Under the pieces are notes generated by a model that did not search any database, was not told the origin of the DNA, and saw only the letters and a list, made by a program, of their open reading frames with translations. From Schmidtea nova (Eukaryota), in assembly GCA_044892505.1 (NCBI GenBank), contig CM097882.1, positions 137,578,001-137,642,000 of the forward strand: a stretch of DNA of 64,000 nucleotides, read 5' to 3'. The position numbers and the translations under genes were made by a program. Shown in pieces: positions 50,160 through 64,000 of the stretch. Every line of letters starts with the position of its first letter. Position 1 is the stretch's first letter.

Positions 50160-50673
50160 CGTAAGCATTACTAAATAATGACGTAATACTTTACATTTTA
50201 AAAATACGTTAATTAATACTTAATTCTTATGTAATACTTTAAAATTAAAATAGCATACCAATACGTACCTGATGATGTAATACTGAAATTTATTAGTTTT
50301 ATTTATTAAATTTTACAGTTTCGATTTTTATTATTTGTTATTAAATTTGAAGACTAAGACATTGTTATTTTAATGTTAACTAGTAAGACACTGATCGGGA
50401 TTAATTTTTAATTATTTAATGGAAAAGTTTTTACTGTCTTTATATTTGTAATGAGACATTTGTATAAGAAATATAAGGATGTATATTTTATATCAGGGTG
50501 TGGTGTCCTATATGAAGGTTGAATACCACTACATTAATATTAAAAATTTACAGAAATAACTAGTACTTTACATTTTGTTAAAATAAAATACTCTTTTTAT
50601 GTGCAATTTTAACAATAGACTTTGGAAACAATGTTATACAATAACATAAAAGTAATGAAATATTAATATTATA

Positions 50674-50686
50674 TGTAGTGTCTTCG

Positions 50687-50748
<62 letters not shown>

Positions 50749-53700
50749 TTATTTTTACATATTATATAAGTATATATATTATTAAATTAAATATAGGTTA
50801 TTCACAAATTGAGTAATCATTGTTTTAATGTTGACTAAAAAATGGCAAGCAAACAACTTCAAATGCAAAAATCACAGTTTCATTAAATTAAAAGCACCAA
50901 GCAAACTCAAATGCTAAGATGAAAGATTAATTAAATAAAAGGTAGCAATCAAACTCAAATGGAAAGATGACAAAATTATTAAATATGAAGAAGGAAGCAA
51001 TTCAAAACTCAACGCCCCGACATTTTTATTATAATAAACGTTCATTATTGATAATAAATTATTTCAGAGTTGCTACAATTGGTGTCAGAACTGACAGCTC
51101 TCCAACATCAGAGAGTGAATATCGAAAATCAGGAGAATACTCGGTCAATATCGAACATTTCATCGATTCATTCAAAAGCAACGTCAAAGAAACTACCGAA
51201 ACTGGTTTAACTATAGTATTAGAGGCCTCCACTTTCCAAAGCTTGTTATTTTATTTTATTTTATTAAATTATTTGTATAAAATTTTATTCGTATTTATAA
51301 TAAAATGTATTAATTTTATTAATTTCTTAATTAAATTTTATTATAAATTTATCTATAAAAATTTCATATACACTCTATCTACCTCACCCTCATTCCCCAT
51401 TTTAACTGCAAACCGCACCCACATTCAAAAACAAGAGCCAATTCGCAACAACTATTCTATCCCCACACCTGCCTTCACTACACTAACTTATATCCCTATA
51501 CGCTTCAACAACATTATAAGCCAAATCGCTATTACCACTGACCTTTACACTGACATTGCCGCCTCTCTTCACATCGATAAAACTTCTTTTTACATGCTAT
51601 GTAACGGTTTCCTAATTTCTTTCATCACAGAGATTCAGCACAATATCATTGTAGAAATCCATTGCTGCATCTTAGGAGGTGTTCGTCCTGCAGCAGAACC
51701 ATCTTCCTCATCCAGATACAGCTCTTAAAACAGCAATTTCTTTCCACACTTCCGTACCATCTACAAACCTCTCTCGCATTGGTAGACTTGGAAGACCCAT
51801 ACCATCTTGCTAAAATAGCCGATCGCATTCACGCACTTCAACCCCATAAACCTCGTGTCGATATTTACAAACCACCACCACCACCACCATCTCCCATCGT
51901 GAACGCAACACATACACCTGATAACCCCTATGTTCGCAACATCGAAAAATATTCCAATCACACATCGCTGTCACATAATGTACAACATACCAACTACCAA
52001 CCAACGACACGCACACAAAACATTCAACCCAAATATGGTGCACAACTAATTTGCTTTTAGTACAACAGATTTAGGCAACATGTACAGTAATGCTGCATCG
52101 GTTGCACGTCCGAATTCTGTACACATCAGAATCCAATAGTCCCAGTGTGTATTCACCATCACCTCTACAAAAATAAAGCCAGACGGATGCATCTGGCGCA
52201 CACGTGACGTCCATCCTTCAAAATACTAAAACAGTCATCAGACATTACTGGATACCCCGTTGACTTACCGCCAGTGAATTCTCTTTCTCACAGCCAACCA
52301 CGTCCAACGTACATACGATTAACTGCGCCAGCAAGCACCATTTCAGAAACAACCGCTACCCTCTCAACAGTACTATTTCCTCACACGACACCATCACCAA
52401 TACCAACAAACACCAACCAGTACACCTTGCACAACAATAGTAACAACACCAACAACAACATCTCCCGGCAAACACCACAGAGCACCACCCGCATCACTAC
52501 CAGCAGCAACATTTTCAATACCATCAGAAACACGACTAACAATACCAGAAGCACCGCTCACCTTTTTGGACGACGAAACCCGCACAGAAAATACACACAA
52601 CCACACCCATCGTCACTATTTCACGATCAACGCTGAACTGTTTGAAGAATATGGCCAGTACAAGCCACGCGGCATAATACTCCGTATATACACAGACTCG
52701 TCATGTTCGATACTACCTACCAACTTCATCGCAGACACACCTTGCTCGTCCTCCGACCTAGCCACTACCACTTCCGGCACCAAGTTTTTTACTCCGACCC
52801 TTGAATCCCGTTTTCGCATTTCCCATACAATCCGCGTATATAAATAAATAAATATATATATATACGTAATAATTCTCATAATGATGACTATAGATCAAAA
52901 TTTTTTTTTATAAACAATAACACAATATTTCTGCACAGCCTTTATCAAGTGTGTATTTCAATCGTTATATTAACTTAATTCTAAATAGTAACCTAAATTA
53001 TTTTTTTAATATTTTTATTTTTGACAAGAAAGTTTATTTACTATATTTTTCGAAAAGCAAAAGCATCGGATTGTGGAACGGCAAAGACATTTATGTTTGG
53101 AGATGTTGGAAATTCGTGGCTTTCGGAGTTGTGATTTTAACGGTGTGGAGATTATGAACATTGGACGGATGAGAATAGGCAAATCTGTTTGATTAAAAAT
53201 GTTGGTGATTTTGTTAGCTGTAGTGTCATTTAGGAAAGGTAATCTTAGATATGTTGTGTGTTTGTTATTGTTATTGTGTTTCTGGCGTTTCCTATTGTTG
53301 CGTTTATTGTGGTATGGTTCGTTAAGGAAGTATTTCTTTACAAATTCTTCAGTGTATCCATTTTGGAGGAATTGTATTTTGAAGTTTTCCAATGTTTCTT
53401 GTATTTTGTTTGCGTCTGAACATTTTATTTTGGCTCTTTTTCTTTCTCCTATTGGTAATGCGATTTCGCGTTGAAGTGGAACGTGGCTTTTCCATGGGAG
53501 GATATGACCACTATGTAAATCTTTAGAATATAGCTCGGTGTTTGCATTTAGTGTATCTTGGCCTTTTTTGAAACTTACCATGGTATCTAAAAACGGTATT
53601 TTACCTTTTGTGTTCAGTGTTTCAAAAGTGAATTGTATGTTGGTGTTAGTAGAATTTGCGTGTGATAGGATTTGATTGAGAGGGATCGTGGAGACTATGA

Positions 53701-54445
53701 AGATGTCGTCGATGTATTGTTTCCAGAAAAGTATTTTGTCCCCAAAAAAGATATGATCTTCGATTCTTTAAAGTTCATGTAGAAGATGGCTAAGATGGGA
53801 GAAAGGTTATTACCCATGGCTAATCCATGAATTTCTTTAATGGTTTTTCTTTAATTATGACAGTATCTGAATTTATTGCAATTTTAGAAGTTCTATAAAG
53901 TCTTGTTTAGTTAAGTCTGCGAGGTCAGTATTGGCTTTATGAGTTTCAAAGAAAGAAGCTGCGATGTCGAAAATATTATTCTCTCCGTGAAGAGGAATAG
54001 ATCCGTAAAGATTGGAAACATCAAGAGATCCCCAGAAGTACTGTTGTCCTGCGTTTAACGGAAGAGACGTATTTGTAATTTTGGAGACGAATTCAGTTGT
54101 GTTTTTAAGATGACAAGGAACCAAAGGCAAAAGTGTTTTTAGGATTTCTGAAAGAACTTTAGAAAGTGTTGTGGAAGGAGTGTCAACTGCGGATACAAGA
54201 GGTCTGCCTTGTAAAGGACTTTTGTGGTCTTTAGGTAACATAGTCATATTACTAGGTAAAGGTTCCTTATAGTTTCATTTTAAAAGTAAATGTTTGATTT
54301 GAAGGTTGATTTGTTTATTTGCAAGTGTTGACAGTTTCTTATTGTATAAAATCTGAGTCGATGCAGGTAAGATTATTTTGTTTATCGGTTCCTAGTTCGA
54401 GAGATGTTCCTCAAATAGAGTATTGTATTGTTCTCTGTCAAGGGC

Positions 54446-54501
<56 letters not shown>

Positions 54502-54794
54502 AAATTAAATATAGTTTATTTAGAAATTGAGTAATTGTTGTTTTAATGTTGACTAAAAATGGCAAGCAAACAAATTCAAATGCAAAAATCACAGTTTCAT
54601 TAAATAAAAAGCACCAAGCAAACTCAAATGCGAAGATGAAAGATTAATTAAATAAAAGGTAGCAAGCAAACTCAAATGCAAAGATGACAGATTTAATAAA
54701 TATGAAGATGGAAGCAATTCAAAACTCAACGCCCCGACATTTTTATTTTAATAAACGTTAATTATTGATAATAATTTATTTCAGAGTTCCTACA
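50674..54794 (+). mobile_element. older Gypsy LTR element, decayed, containing a nested PLE
   Basis: LTRs 50674-51077 and ~54424-54794 (TGTA..CTACA); TTATA on both flanks; PBS TGGTGTCAGAA at 51080; degenerate gag (QFLSTLP..LAKIADRI) and protease (IYTDSSCSILP). Confidence 0.85.
52867..54390 (-). mobile_element. Penelope-like element family A, longer copy with RT pseudogene
   Basis: TDKQN, LPKDHK..GRPLVS, SLDVSNLYGSIP, GLAMGNNLSPILA, WKQYIDDIF; endonuclease deleted after KLSCQK; pLTR at 52867-53010. Confidence 0.93.
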
Positions 54795-56995
54795 TTATAT
54801 ATATTGATCAAAATACTTTTAATAATTCTATTCTATTAATTTAATATTTAAGGAACTTCAATTTATTTTTAATTATAAAGAAAATTATATAAAGATCAAT
54901 GCTTTTTTAAATTATCATACGAATATTTACCATAGTCTTTATTAAATGTGTAAAATAATTACTTTAAAAAGACTGCGAAAAATTCATCTGCTAATTTCAA
55001 AAAAAAAGAATTTTACCTTTATTCTTCATATAATAAAACTAATTTAAATAAAAATTTTTAAATAGAAAAGAAAAATTTCAAATTGATATTTTTAATAATT
55101 AACATTTGTACATATTTTCAGCTACATTTTATTTATTTTAAAATTTATTAAATATTTCATATGGTATAATACCAAAAGTTTTAGATCGCTACCAGTAATT
55201 TATTTCTTGTGATTTATGCCATAATTGCTGTTCTTTCAAACTTGAAAACAGTTAAAATTAATTAAAATAATATTTCAAACTGTTTTAAAATTAAATGTAT
55301 AAAAAATATTAAAGAAATACTTTTAATTATAAGTAATTAAAAGTATATGTTGATATACTATTTTTTATTAGATATAAACATACAAAAAAATTTTGTAAAA
55401 TAAAATAATAATTTTTAAAATAATTTGTATTCTTTCTTTTATGGAAATAATTGATTTAAATAAATTTTATTAATAATATTTGTCGTAAATTTGAAGTAAA
55501 TTTAAATAAAATAGTATGTTTAATAAGTATTTGTAATTAAAGTTTTATTTTATATTTCAATTTATATGTATATTTTTAAATTTAAATTGTTATTTTAACT
55601 ATTTTCATTAATAATTTTGAATAAATTGAAAGAATATTTTAATAAAAAGTGTAGGTGTGTATGAGCTGTGACAAAATTATTATTTGTCTCTAGGAATTAC
55701 TACAACCCACCCCCATCAAAAATGTTAAATTACCTCACTCATGTACCCATAATTAATCCTTGGAACTATGTTGGTAATGTACACGTATGCGAGAATCTAG
55801 TGAGTAGGTAATCTTTGTTGCCAAAACTACTCACTATATTCTCTCTTCCGGGTTCTTGATGCCGATAGAAGGTCTTACAAACATATTTACTTTACGGTTT
55901 TTTAGAATGATTAATTTCTATCTTTCGAACGCTCTACCCTATCTCAGATCTAAATTTATTTATTCTCCAAATTCATCTGTATAAGCATTCTGCCTATATC
56001 TTCCAACTGCTTGAATGTACTCTTGAATGACTTCAAAGTTACCCTGTTAATTATTATATACCACAGCTTAAATCTTGAATTCACCTGGAAAATGGTAGGA
56101 CCAAAGCTACATGGGAAACCAGTGGCGTAATTTACCACGCGCAGTCTTATAACCATTAATGAAAAAATTTTATTTATATATTTTATTTAATATTTAAATT
56201 ATTTACTTTAATAATTGATTATTTATTTACTTTCCGTAAATGTAATTTTATAAATAATTTTCTAAATATTTATTCTTAATTCTATAATGTGTATATCCAC
56301 TAATGTGTGTATCCACTTTTTGCGCGCGTTAATTGATTGATTAAAATAGTGAAATTTAATTTAAATTCTATTTTCATTTATATCTTGGTTATTTTTACGA
56401 TGTTTCAATGAGAATTTCATCTACAATTTTTAATAAATAGTTTTTTTTATTCTAGTACCGATTTTATTTTTTGATCATGCTTTTCATGTTCAATATACAA
56501 ACAATAATCTTCAGCTATCAATTATCGTGAGGACCTTTGTATGTAAATCTGACTTTTACTCAAATTGTGTGCTTTCTTCTGATATGCTTCTTTTTTATTG
56601 TTTCATCCTTATCTCGAACGACTTATGAAATGCGGTTAGTATGACTACTTTTAGCACTTCAGTATTTTTAATCTTTTGTGTTATTTTACTCCAAAATTCT
56701 TTATCGTGAGCTTTGAATTCGTTTCTTTTCGTGTACCTTTCACGTTTGATGCATTTAAAGACAATTTAATTTCGATTCTATCAGCCCAATTAAAGACACG
56801 TTGCCCAGATTATATTCACAGTACGCTCCATAAGAGCAACAACAGCCGCGAAATAATAAGAAAATATTATGAAATAAATGATTGTTATATACCTTCTGTA
56901 TGTCAGATCCAAACTTCTGACTCGTAATTTATATTTTATAATGATCATAAGGCGTACTTAACACAATTTAGGGGTAATCAAATTCTTCTTTAAAA

Positions 56996-59560
56996 ATGAG
57001 TCATAAAAGAAAATGCATTTTAACTTTTGAAATATTTGAGAAAATATTTTTTAAAGATAATGTTCAAACTAGACAAGAAGTGAATGAATCAAAGATCATT
57101 GAAGAGCCGGAAATTTATTATGATTTAATGCACACACATAGATTAAATAAATTAAATATTTTGAAATATAACACTAAGGAAATGAAGCTTTCATTTTCTG
57201 CTTCCACTTTTTTGCAATTTTGTTCTCAGGTGGAATTTTAAAAGAGGCGAAATCAAATTAATTGGTTTGTCAAATCGTATTGATCCTATAACTAGAATTT
57301 TTCTTGATAATGGTATAAAGAAATTAAATAAGAAAAGTGTTTAATACTTTGAACTAGGAATTAGTCGAGCAATAAATAGTGTTGTGCGTCAATTTCAAAG
57401 TGATAAAGGTCTTCAATATATATAGATTATCATATTCTCACATCTAAAAATTACTTTGTCAATGTTCAAAATAAAGATAAATTATTCTTCATTTATAGCA
57501 TTCTAGCTGTAATTAAATATGATGAGATTAGGAAAGATAGAGATAGACCAACAAAATATTTATCATAAATGTCTGAATGTATATGAATTTAATGAAAAGT
57601 TGAACGTTAAAATTCTGGTTTGGCAATCTACATGTTGACCTATAAAAACTTGGAATTTAGTATTTGGTCGAAAATAATAAAATATCTAATTTATGATGAC
57701 TTTGAGTCAGTTTTATCTGGTTATGTAAAAAATCATCAAATACATGCCAATTTCGGCCGGATTACTCTTAATTAATAACTTTACTGGAATAACGAGCTAT
57801 TATTAATTTATTGGTGATATGTGCACAGTTGAAAGAGATAGGATTAAGTATCGTTCTCCCATATTATATCAAATATGGGCAAAAACGATGATATTAATTC
57901 AGTATATGTGAAAACCGTTAATTACGTAAAAACAAAATGGTAGAAAAGGTCACAAGTCACAAACATTTTATATGGAAATATATTTATTCTGCATGTGGCC
58001 AATGTAATAAATGAAGAAGAATTAACGAGATTTTGCCAGTTGTTTTTTATATTTTGAGAGGATATAACTTGCATCCTTTTCTCAAATACGGTTTAAATCA
58101 ATTTCCTTATTGGAAATTATCTTGTATTCCACTTACTAGTAAAACCTTTCTTTATGGTATACACTCGTGAAATTTGAATACGGATTATTTATTCATATGA
58201 ATTCGTTGCGTAGTTTAATATTTAACAGTCAGTATTCAATGGAAATAATGTTGACTCAATAGGAATATTTTCGTATAATTAAGTTAATAGTCAGAACATT
58301 CTGGAAACTGTATATAAAATGCCTACAATTTGGGATGACTTTACAGAGGATGAATCAAATAGCAAAAGAAAGATGAAAAGAAACAAATAGTAACACATAG
58401 TTGGACTATAAAACGGTTTATTAAAATCTGGATATATACATCTTTTTTCAGCAATTCAGAGTCAGATCAACAGATTATAAAAAGTTAGAACCATTACATT
58501 TATTTGGCATCCTCTTTAATGATCCTTGAAAAACCTATAGAGTTGACATAAGAAATGTAAATGTATAACGTCTTTGAGTAGGGAATCCGTGGTGGGTTAA
58601 CCTTTGCTATAAACGCCATGTATTGCCTGATAAAAATACTGAGGTTTTATACAAAGATATCAATAATTAATATAGTTGAGCATTTAGTCACAATTTACCC
58701 TGTGGGAAACTGGAATGGGAATTCAATAAATTTGATAAAATATTGAACAAAATGTTGAAATGTCGATTTAAAACTCATTCTTTTGATTTCTATCAGGTTG
58801 AACTTAGAGATTCGTAATGAAATCTTTTAAAAATTATATAATTATTTCTGCAGAGAAAAGGTATTTATCAAAAGTTTAGAAATTACAGTTTATTCAATAC
58901 GCAAAAAATAATTATGTGGTGCATTGGCGTTTACTTCAAATGTAAATTCGGTTAGGAGAAAAATTTATCAAAGTTCATCATGTAATTTACTTTAAGCAAG
59001 AATCTATTTTCAAGAAATATGTGGATATAAACACTGAGTTGAGGACAAGATCAACAAATACTTTGGATAAAAATTACCATAAATTTGTGGAAAAAAGTCT
59101 TTATGGTAAACAGATGAGAATTTAAAGAAGAAAATGAATCTTCAATTGTGTAATTCAGCAACAAGACTGGTTACATGTGCATACAAACAAACATTTCAAA
59201 AATTCATTAATATTGTAGATGATTTAATATCTATGTTGTTAAATAAAAATGTTGTTTGGATAAACCCAGTTATATTGGACAATATGTTCTTGATTTATCT
59301 AAACTTAGAATGTATCAATTATAGCACATTGACTTAAAGAAATATACTGAGCCATTTGATAATATTATTAATATTGTAGCACAGGATATTCTCTTTGTTT
59401 CTCGAAGTTAAAAATTGTAAGCTAATTGTTCTTTTACCTGAAATGGCTAATGACAAACTTTTGGACACTTTAATTTACTACTGATCCGTTATAATTTAAG
59501 ATGTAAGGCTCCATCATTGGGAAATTTAAAGATGAAAGTAAGAGTAATGGTTATGAAGAT
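56996..59560 (+). pseudogene. decayed protein-primed family-B DNA polymerase (Polinton/Maverick type)
   Basis: collinear relics: FIYSILA, LIYDDFES, ACGQCN, VVF..LRGYNLH, GIRGGLT, LYKDINN*Y..NLPCG, SLYGK, IIGKFKDE; many stops and frameshifts. Confidence 0.75.
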
Positions 59561-60159
59561 CTTATTATTCATTATCATGTTCATAATTGTTTTAAGATAA
59601 TACATGAGAGACTGAGAAATATTATTAAATATTTGATAAACGTAAATTAAAATAAAAAAAATTTAAGAAAAAATTTAAGAAATAAATAAGAAATAAAGGT
59701 CATTAATTAAAACATCTATAATCTACTGTCTTTTAAAATATAGTAAGGGGGTAGCAAAAGGTGGTTCAGGAGGCTCCTTATTCTCTATTATTATATTACA
59801 ATTAAAAGTCAAAAATTTTAAAATAAAATTATTATATAATTATTCTAAGAAAATCTTTACCTTTGTTTATTTGGAAAATAGTTTTCAATTTAATTCATAA
59901 TTATTATAATTATAGTAATTATAGTATACGTATATTTTTGGAAAAAAATCTAGAATTATAAATTATAACCCAATAAACTAAATTTAATTCGAGATTATAT
60001 TTATAAATGTATTTATAAATATTGGCTTCTGAATCATTCAGACTGAATGCAAATTTTTTTTTTAAACTCCACTTGTTACTATAAATTATTTTTGTAAATA
60101 GAAAAAAGTGGCAAGAATGTTTTTTGATTTTAGACTTATTGTGTAATATGAAAATTTCA

Positions 60160-60630
60160 TTTTAATACTCCCATAAAAATAACAATGGAAACAGTAATAA
60201 CTATAGAGAATAAAAAAAATACTAGAAACAACTTATATCAATAATTCCCATAATGGTAAGACTATAGATCAGATATTTTTAAAAACAAGTACACAATATT
60301 TCGGCACAGCCTTTATCAAAAAATAATCGTAATACACACTAGATAAAGGGTGTGCTGAAATATTGTGTAATTATTTTTATAAAAAAAAATTTGATCTATA
60401 TTCTTACCATTATGAGATTTAGTGATATTAATTGTTTCTAATATTTTTTTATTTACTATAGTCATTACTGTTTCCATTGTTATTTTATTTGTGAGTATTA
60501 AAATTATATTTTCAAATTGCATAAAATATTTACAGAAAATATTTAAAAAAAATAAAAGTAAAATATTTAATTATTGATATTAATAATAAAAAAAGATCAA
60601 AGGTGAAACAAAAAGATAATTATGATTAGA
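60160..60630. repeat. family-A pLTR palindrome, variant subfamily with a different tail, plus a standard tail at ~60575-60630
   Basis: arms ~60160-60318 and ~60336-60503; intact core on the minus arm, mutated on the plus arm. Confidence 0.8.
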
Positions 60631-63329
60631 AACAATGATAGTATTTTTTGATTTAATAGAATAACTTGAAAGTATCTACTATATTTTAAGTTTTTAATAT
60701 AATTTTCGATTAAGTTTATTTCTTTGAGTGTCTTTTACAGATTCTGAAAATAGAACTAATTCTCACGCCTAATTAAATTATTTGATTGTGAGTTGTAAAA
60801 ATATTGAAAACTTGCTCTTTAAACGCATTATCATTGACATATTTTGAGACAAATTACCGTTAATGAATTTCTTAAAAGTCTAATTATTATTTTTTAATCA
60901 AGCAGTATAAATTTATGTTTTCATTTTGATAAAACATTTTAATAAATTTTTATTAGTTAAAATTAAGAGATTTTTCTTTGAAAAAGAAACAGCCTTAAGG
61001 TTGCAAACCAACTTTGAAAATTATCGGAGTGGTCTTGATTATTGTAAAATAAAGTATAACGACTCAGAAAATTGCGTGTAAATGAAAAAAAGACTTATTT
61101 TTAAAATTCAAAAAAATAATAACGATGTGCAAAAGGTAAATAAAACATTTTAAAAATTTTAAATTAACATTTTTTGTGGTTAACGCGTATGAGATGGGTA
61201 CGGAAATAATAATAATTTTATATCAATCGTAGGTTTCTAAGCACACAAAAAAAATACAAATTAATAAAAATAATAATTTGATAAAACAAAATTATCTAAT
61301 TAAGTTGTAAAATTCTCACATTGTCAACCTTTACAGGTAAGTTGAGATAATTGAGTTTATTTTTGGGTTTTCGTATACTAATTGCTTTTGCTGAAGAAAA
61401 ACATGGAGTCCTTGGCATCAGAGATATGATGCTGCGTCTGAAACTTGATGGTTTTAGAAATTTCCGGAGATTGAGTCCCTGATTTTCAGGTGAGATTCTG
61501 CAGGTCTAATTTATTTGAATTGCGAAACGAGAGAAAGACTTCTATAAAAAGAAAGACAATTGTAACCTGTTGTCAAGAAGTCGAAAAAACAAAAAATAAA
61601 TCGAAAAAAAGTAAAAAAGTGAAAAAGTGAAAAAGGAGTTTATATTAGTCATTGTTGAAGTAAAAATGGTTGAAGCTGGTCTTCCTTTGGTTTATTTATT
61701 TAATTATGTTTTTTATGAAAGTGCAAATCAACGTTAAGTGTTATTGACAAATGTAATTAATTTAAATTTAAATAAATTTATTTTTTTTGGTTTTATTTAT
61801 TTTAGAACAAAACTATCTAAATTAACATATTAAAAGATATATCAACAAAGGTTTAATAATTTTCTAACAATTAAATATTTAAATTTAAATATTTCTTTAT
61901 TTATAAATTTTAAAGGAAAAAATAAATTAATTTTAACTACAAAAAAATATGTGAATATAGGTTAAATTTTAATTCTGTAAACAAGGGTCTCGCTTTTCGT
62001 CGCTTTTCCGTTACACAAGAGAAGGAATAACAGGAATTTTGACATATAGTGAGCTATTTAAATTTTTGTTCACTTATTTTAAGTTTAGAAAAAGAATATT
62101 ATAAGACAATTAAAAGACAATTAAAATAAAAATATATTTAAAGAAATTAAACCATCATGATGTAAATAACTAAAAGAACATAAATTAGAAAAAATAATAA
62201 TTAATTTATTTATAATAAAAAAAATCCTTACTTTTAACAATAAAATAATGATCTTTATCCCTTATATTGCATAAAATATTTACAGAAAATATATAATAAT
62301 AAATAAAAATTAAATATTTAAAGTAAGTTTTCTCAATTACGTACTTTCTAAAGACATTGTAAATTTCTTTTATAAAAACTATATCAATTATTTTTAAAAG
62401 TACACGAATTTTCGGACCAACCTTTTTTATATTTGTGTAAAATAACAAATGTTAATCATACATTTTAAATGTGAATTATTTGCTCCGATTATTAACTAAT
62501 AATGTAAGTAAAGGTAAATACAATACAAATAGCAAAAAAAAATTCCAAAAATTTGATTTTTTTCAACGAAATTTAAAGAAAAAACAATTTATGCAAAAAA
62601 ATATTTAGACGTTTAGTTGCCAATGAGACGAAAACTTTTTACTAAATTTTTCATAAATTTGAATATTCTTTTATAAAGATGAATAACGAAAAGAATATTC
62701 AAATAAAATGAGAGGGACCCCGGTGTATTATAATAATGTAACAGACTGAAAACAAATGTTTTATGATTCATATAATTATTAATTGTTTTAAATGTTATTT
62801 TTGAATAATAATAATAATAAAAAATGTAAAACATTTTACTGCCGAATATCTGTATAATGAAGCAGTGAACGGTATAAAAAATTAATTTGAAAAATAATAT
62901 ATCATTTTCCGGTTTTTCTTTACAAGATTGACAAGCGTATAAAAATTTGTAAAAACGTGAAAATTTATCATTGTTTATATACATCTGTAAACAATCGCAG
63001 AAATATCACTTTTTATTGATATTTATTAATCAGTGCTAAAATATTCTCCTCGATGGGTTTTAGAAATAAATCAATATTTCTCTAAGATGGAACATTTTTC
63101 AGGTAAATGAGTTTGCGAAAGGGCAACAGTTCTAATTGAACTCTCATAAACAAACAGAATTTCTGCAATATTGTCTTTTTGTTTTATCGATCAAAAAATT
63201 CCGATTTAGTCAATTAGAAAATAAGATTTGAAAAGTTTTCTGAATGCTAATTTCGATACTTAGAATTTTAGATTCATTAATTTTCTTTTAATTTATCAGA
63301 TTTATTTTATTTTCATGGACTGTCAATAG

Positions 63330-63800
63330 TCCTTTTTCAATATTCACATTTCAGTGGAACGCGATCTAATCAAGCGGATCAAGGTTAGACATAAGCAGAT
63401 TCTTGCTGACCAAAATAAGGGAGGTAAATTATATTTAAAAGTGCGTGGCGATAAAAGACATGTTGTTGTTCATGAGGATATGAAACAACCATCACCATTT
63501 GTGGACTTAGTGAAGTACTAATCCGTATAACAAGAAGTTATGATCAACATTTGTTCGCCGTCTTCATAACTATGAGCTGCAATCCAAATGAGCTATAGAA
63601 TAAAGCTGGTCCATCCATAACTTCTGAAGATTGAATTACTTTACACTAGCTAATCCAAGACAGATCTGCCTTTGAAGACATTTTTAGATTTTTCAAAAAA
63701 TTGAATTTTGTCAAAGTTTACACAATTGAATTTCAAAAGTGTTTTCCTCTATCAAAGATCATGAGTTCCGAAGACAAGATGTATTATCCTGACTAAACTC
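63330..63800 (+). pseudogene. Helitron Rep domain remnant
   Basis: PSPFV..QEVMI..VFITMSCNPN..QDRS..VYTIEFQK resemble LPSSF..YQDAMA..LFITxTCNPxW..DRPD..YxIEFQKRG. Confidence 0.7.
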
Positions 63801-64000
63801 GACAATATAGTCTCAGTTAAAGTTCATTAAAACAACAATGCATAATTACTTGAATTTTTGCTAAATTTTATAATTTCTATTTCCTTTAAAAAAGGTAAAC
63901 CCTTCATGTAGTGTATATTGTCTACAATAATGGACACATAAAATATCACTTTAACCTAATTAAGCTTGTTCACAAGTTTATCTTTAGTGAACGTCAAGAA

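Noticed and set aside
50269-50296. CTGATGA..GAAA hammerhead-like string
   Set aside because: Stem II is poor, stem I does not pair, and no PLE context was recognised
50967-51728. 253-aa ORF
   Set aside because: Runs from LTR through PBS and a low-complexity leader into decayed gag; not a coherent gene
269-60630. CRISPR-like or bacterial REP-like array reading of the recurring palindromes
   Set aside because: Dispersed, with no regular spacers or cas genes; explained by the PLE pLTR in a eukaryotic context
61320-61560. GC-richer exon-like patch
   Set aside because: Short open frames on both strands with no recognisable motif or consistent splice sites

Overview
AT-rich eukaryotic genomic DNA from a gapped assembly. 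It looks invertebrate, and a planarian-like host is only an inference from composition and TE repertoire. Almost all of it is transposable-element debris: hAT, two mariners, Tigger, Merlin, several MITEs, two Gypsy LTR elements plus solo LTRs, three Penelope-like element (PLE) families, a decayed Polinton-type protein-primed PolB and a Helitron Rep remnant. There is one intact 412-aa orphan ORF. Two things stand out. First, the dominant ~150-bp dispersed repeat (about 13 loci, bordering many N-gaps) is the 3' pseudo-LTR of PLE family A. It carries an ultra-minimal hammerhead ribozyme with a compensatory U3-A8 core, and it recurs as ORF-less head-to-head palindromes. Second, a diverged, apparently catalytically dead ribonucleotide-reductase R2-like gene is split into two modules interleaved with PLE endonuclease fragments. 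All protein and RNA assignments come from motif recognition by eye; no searches were run.
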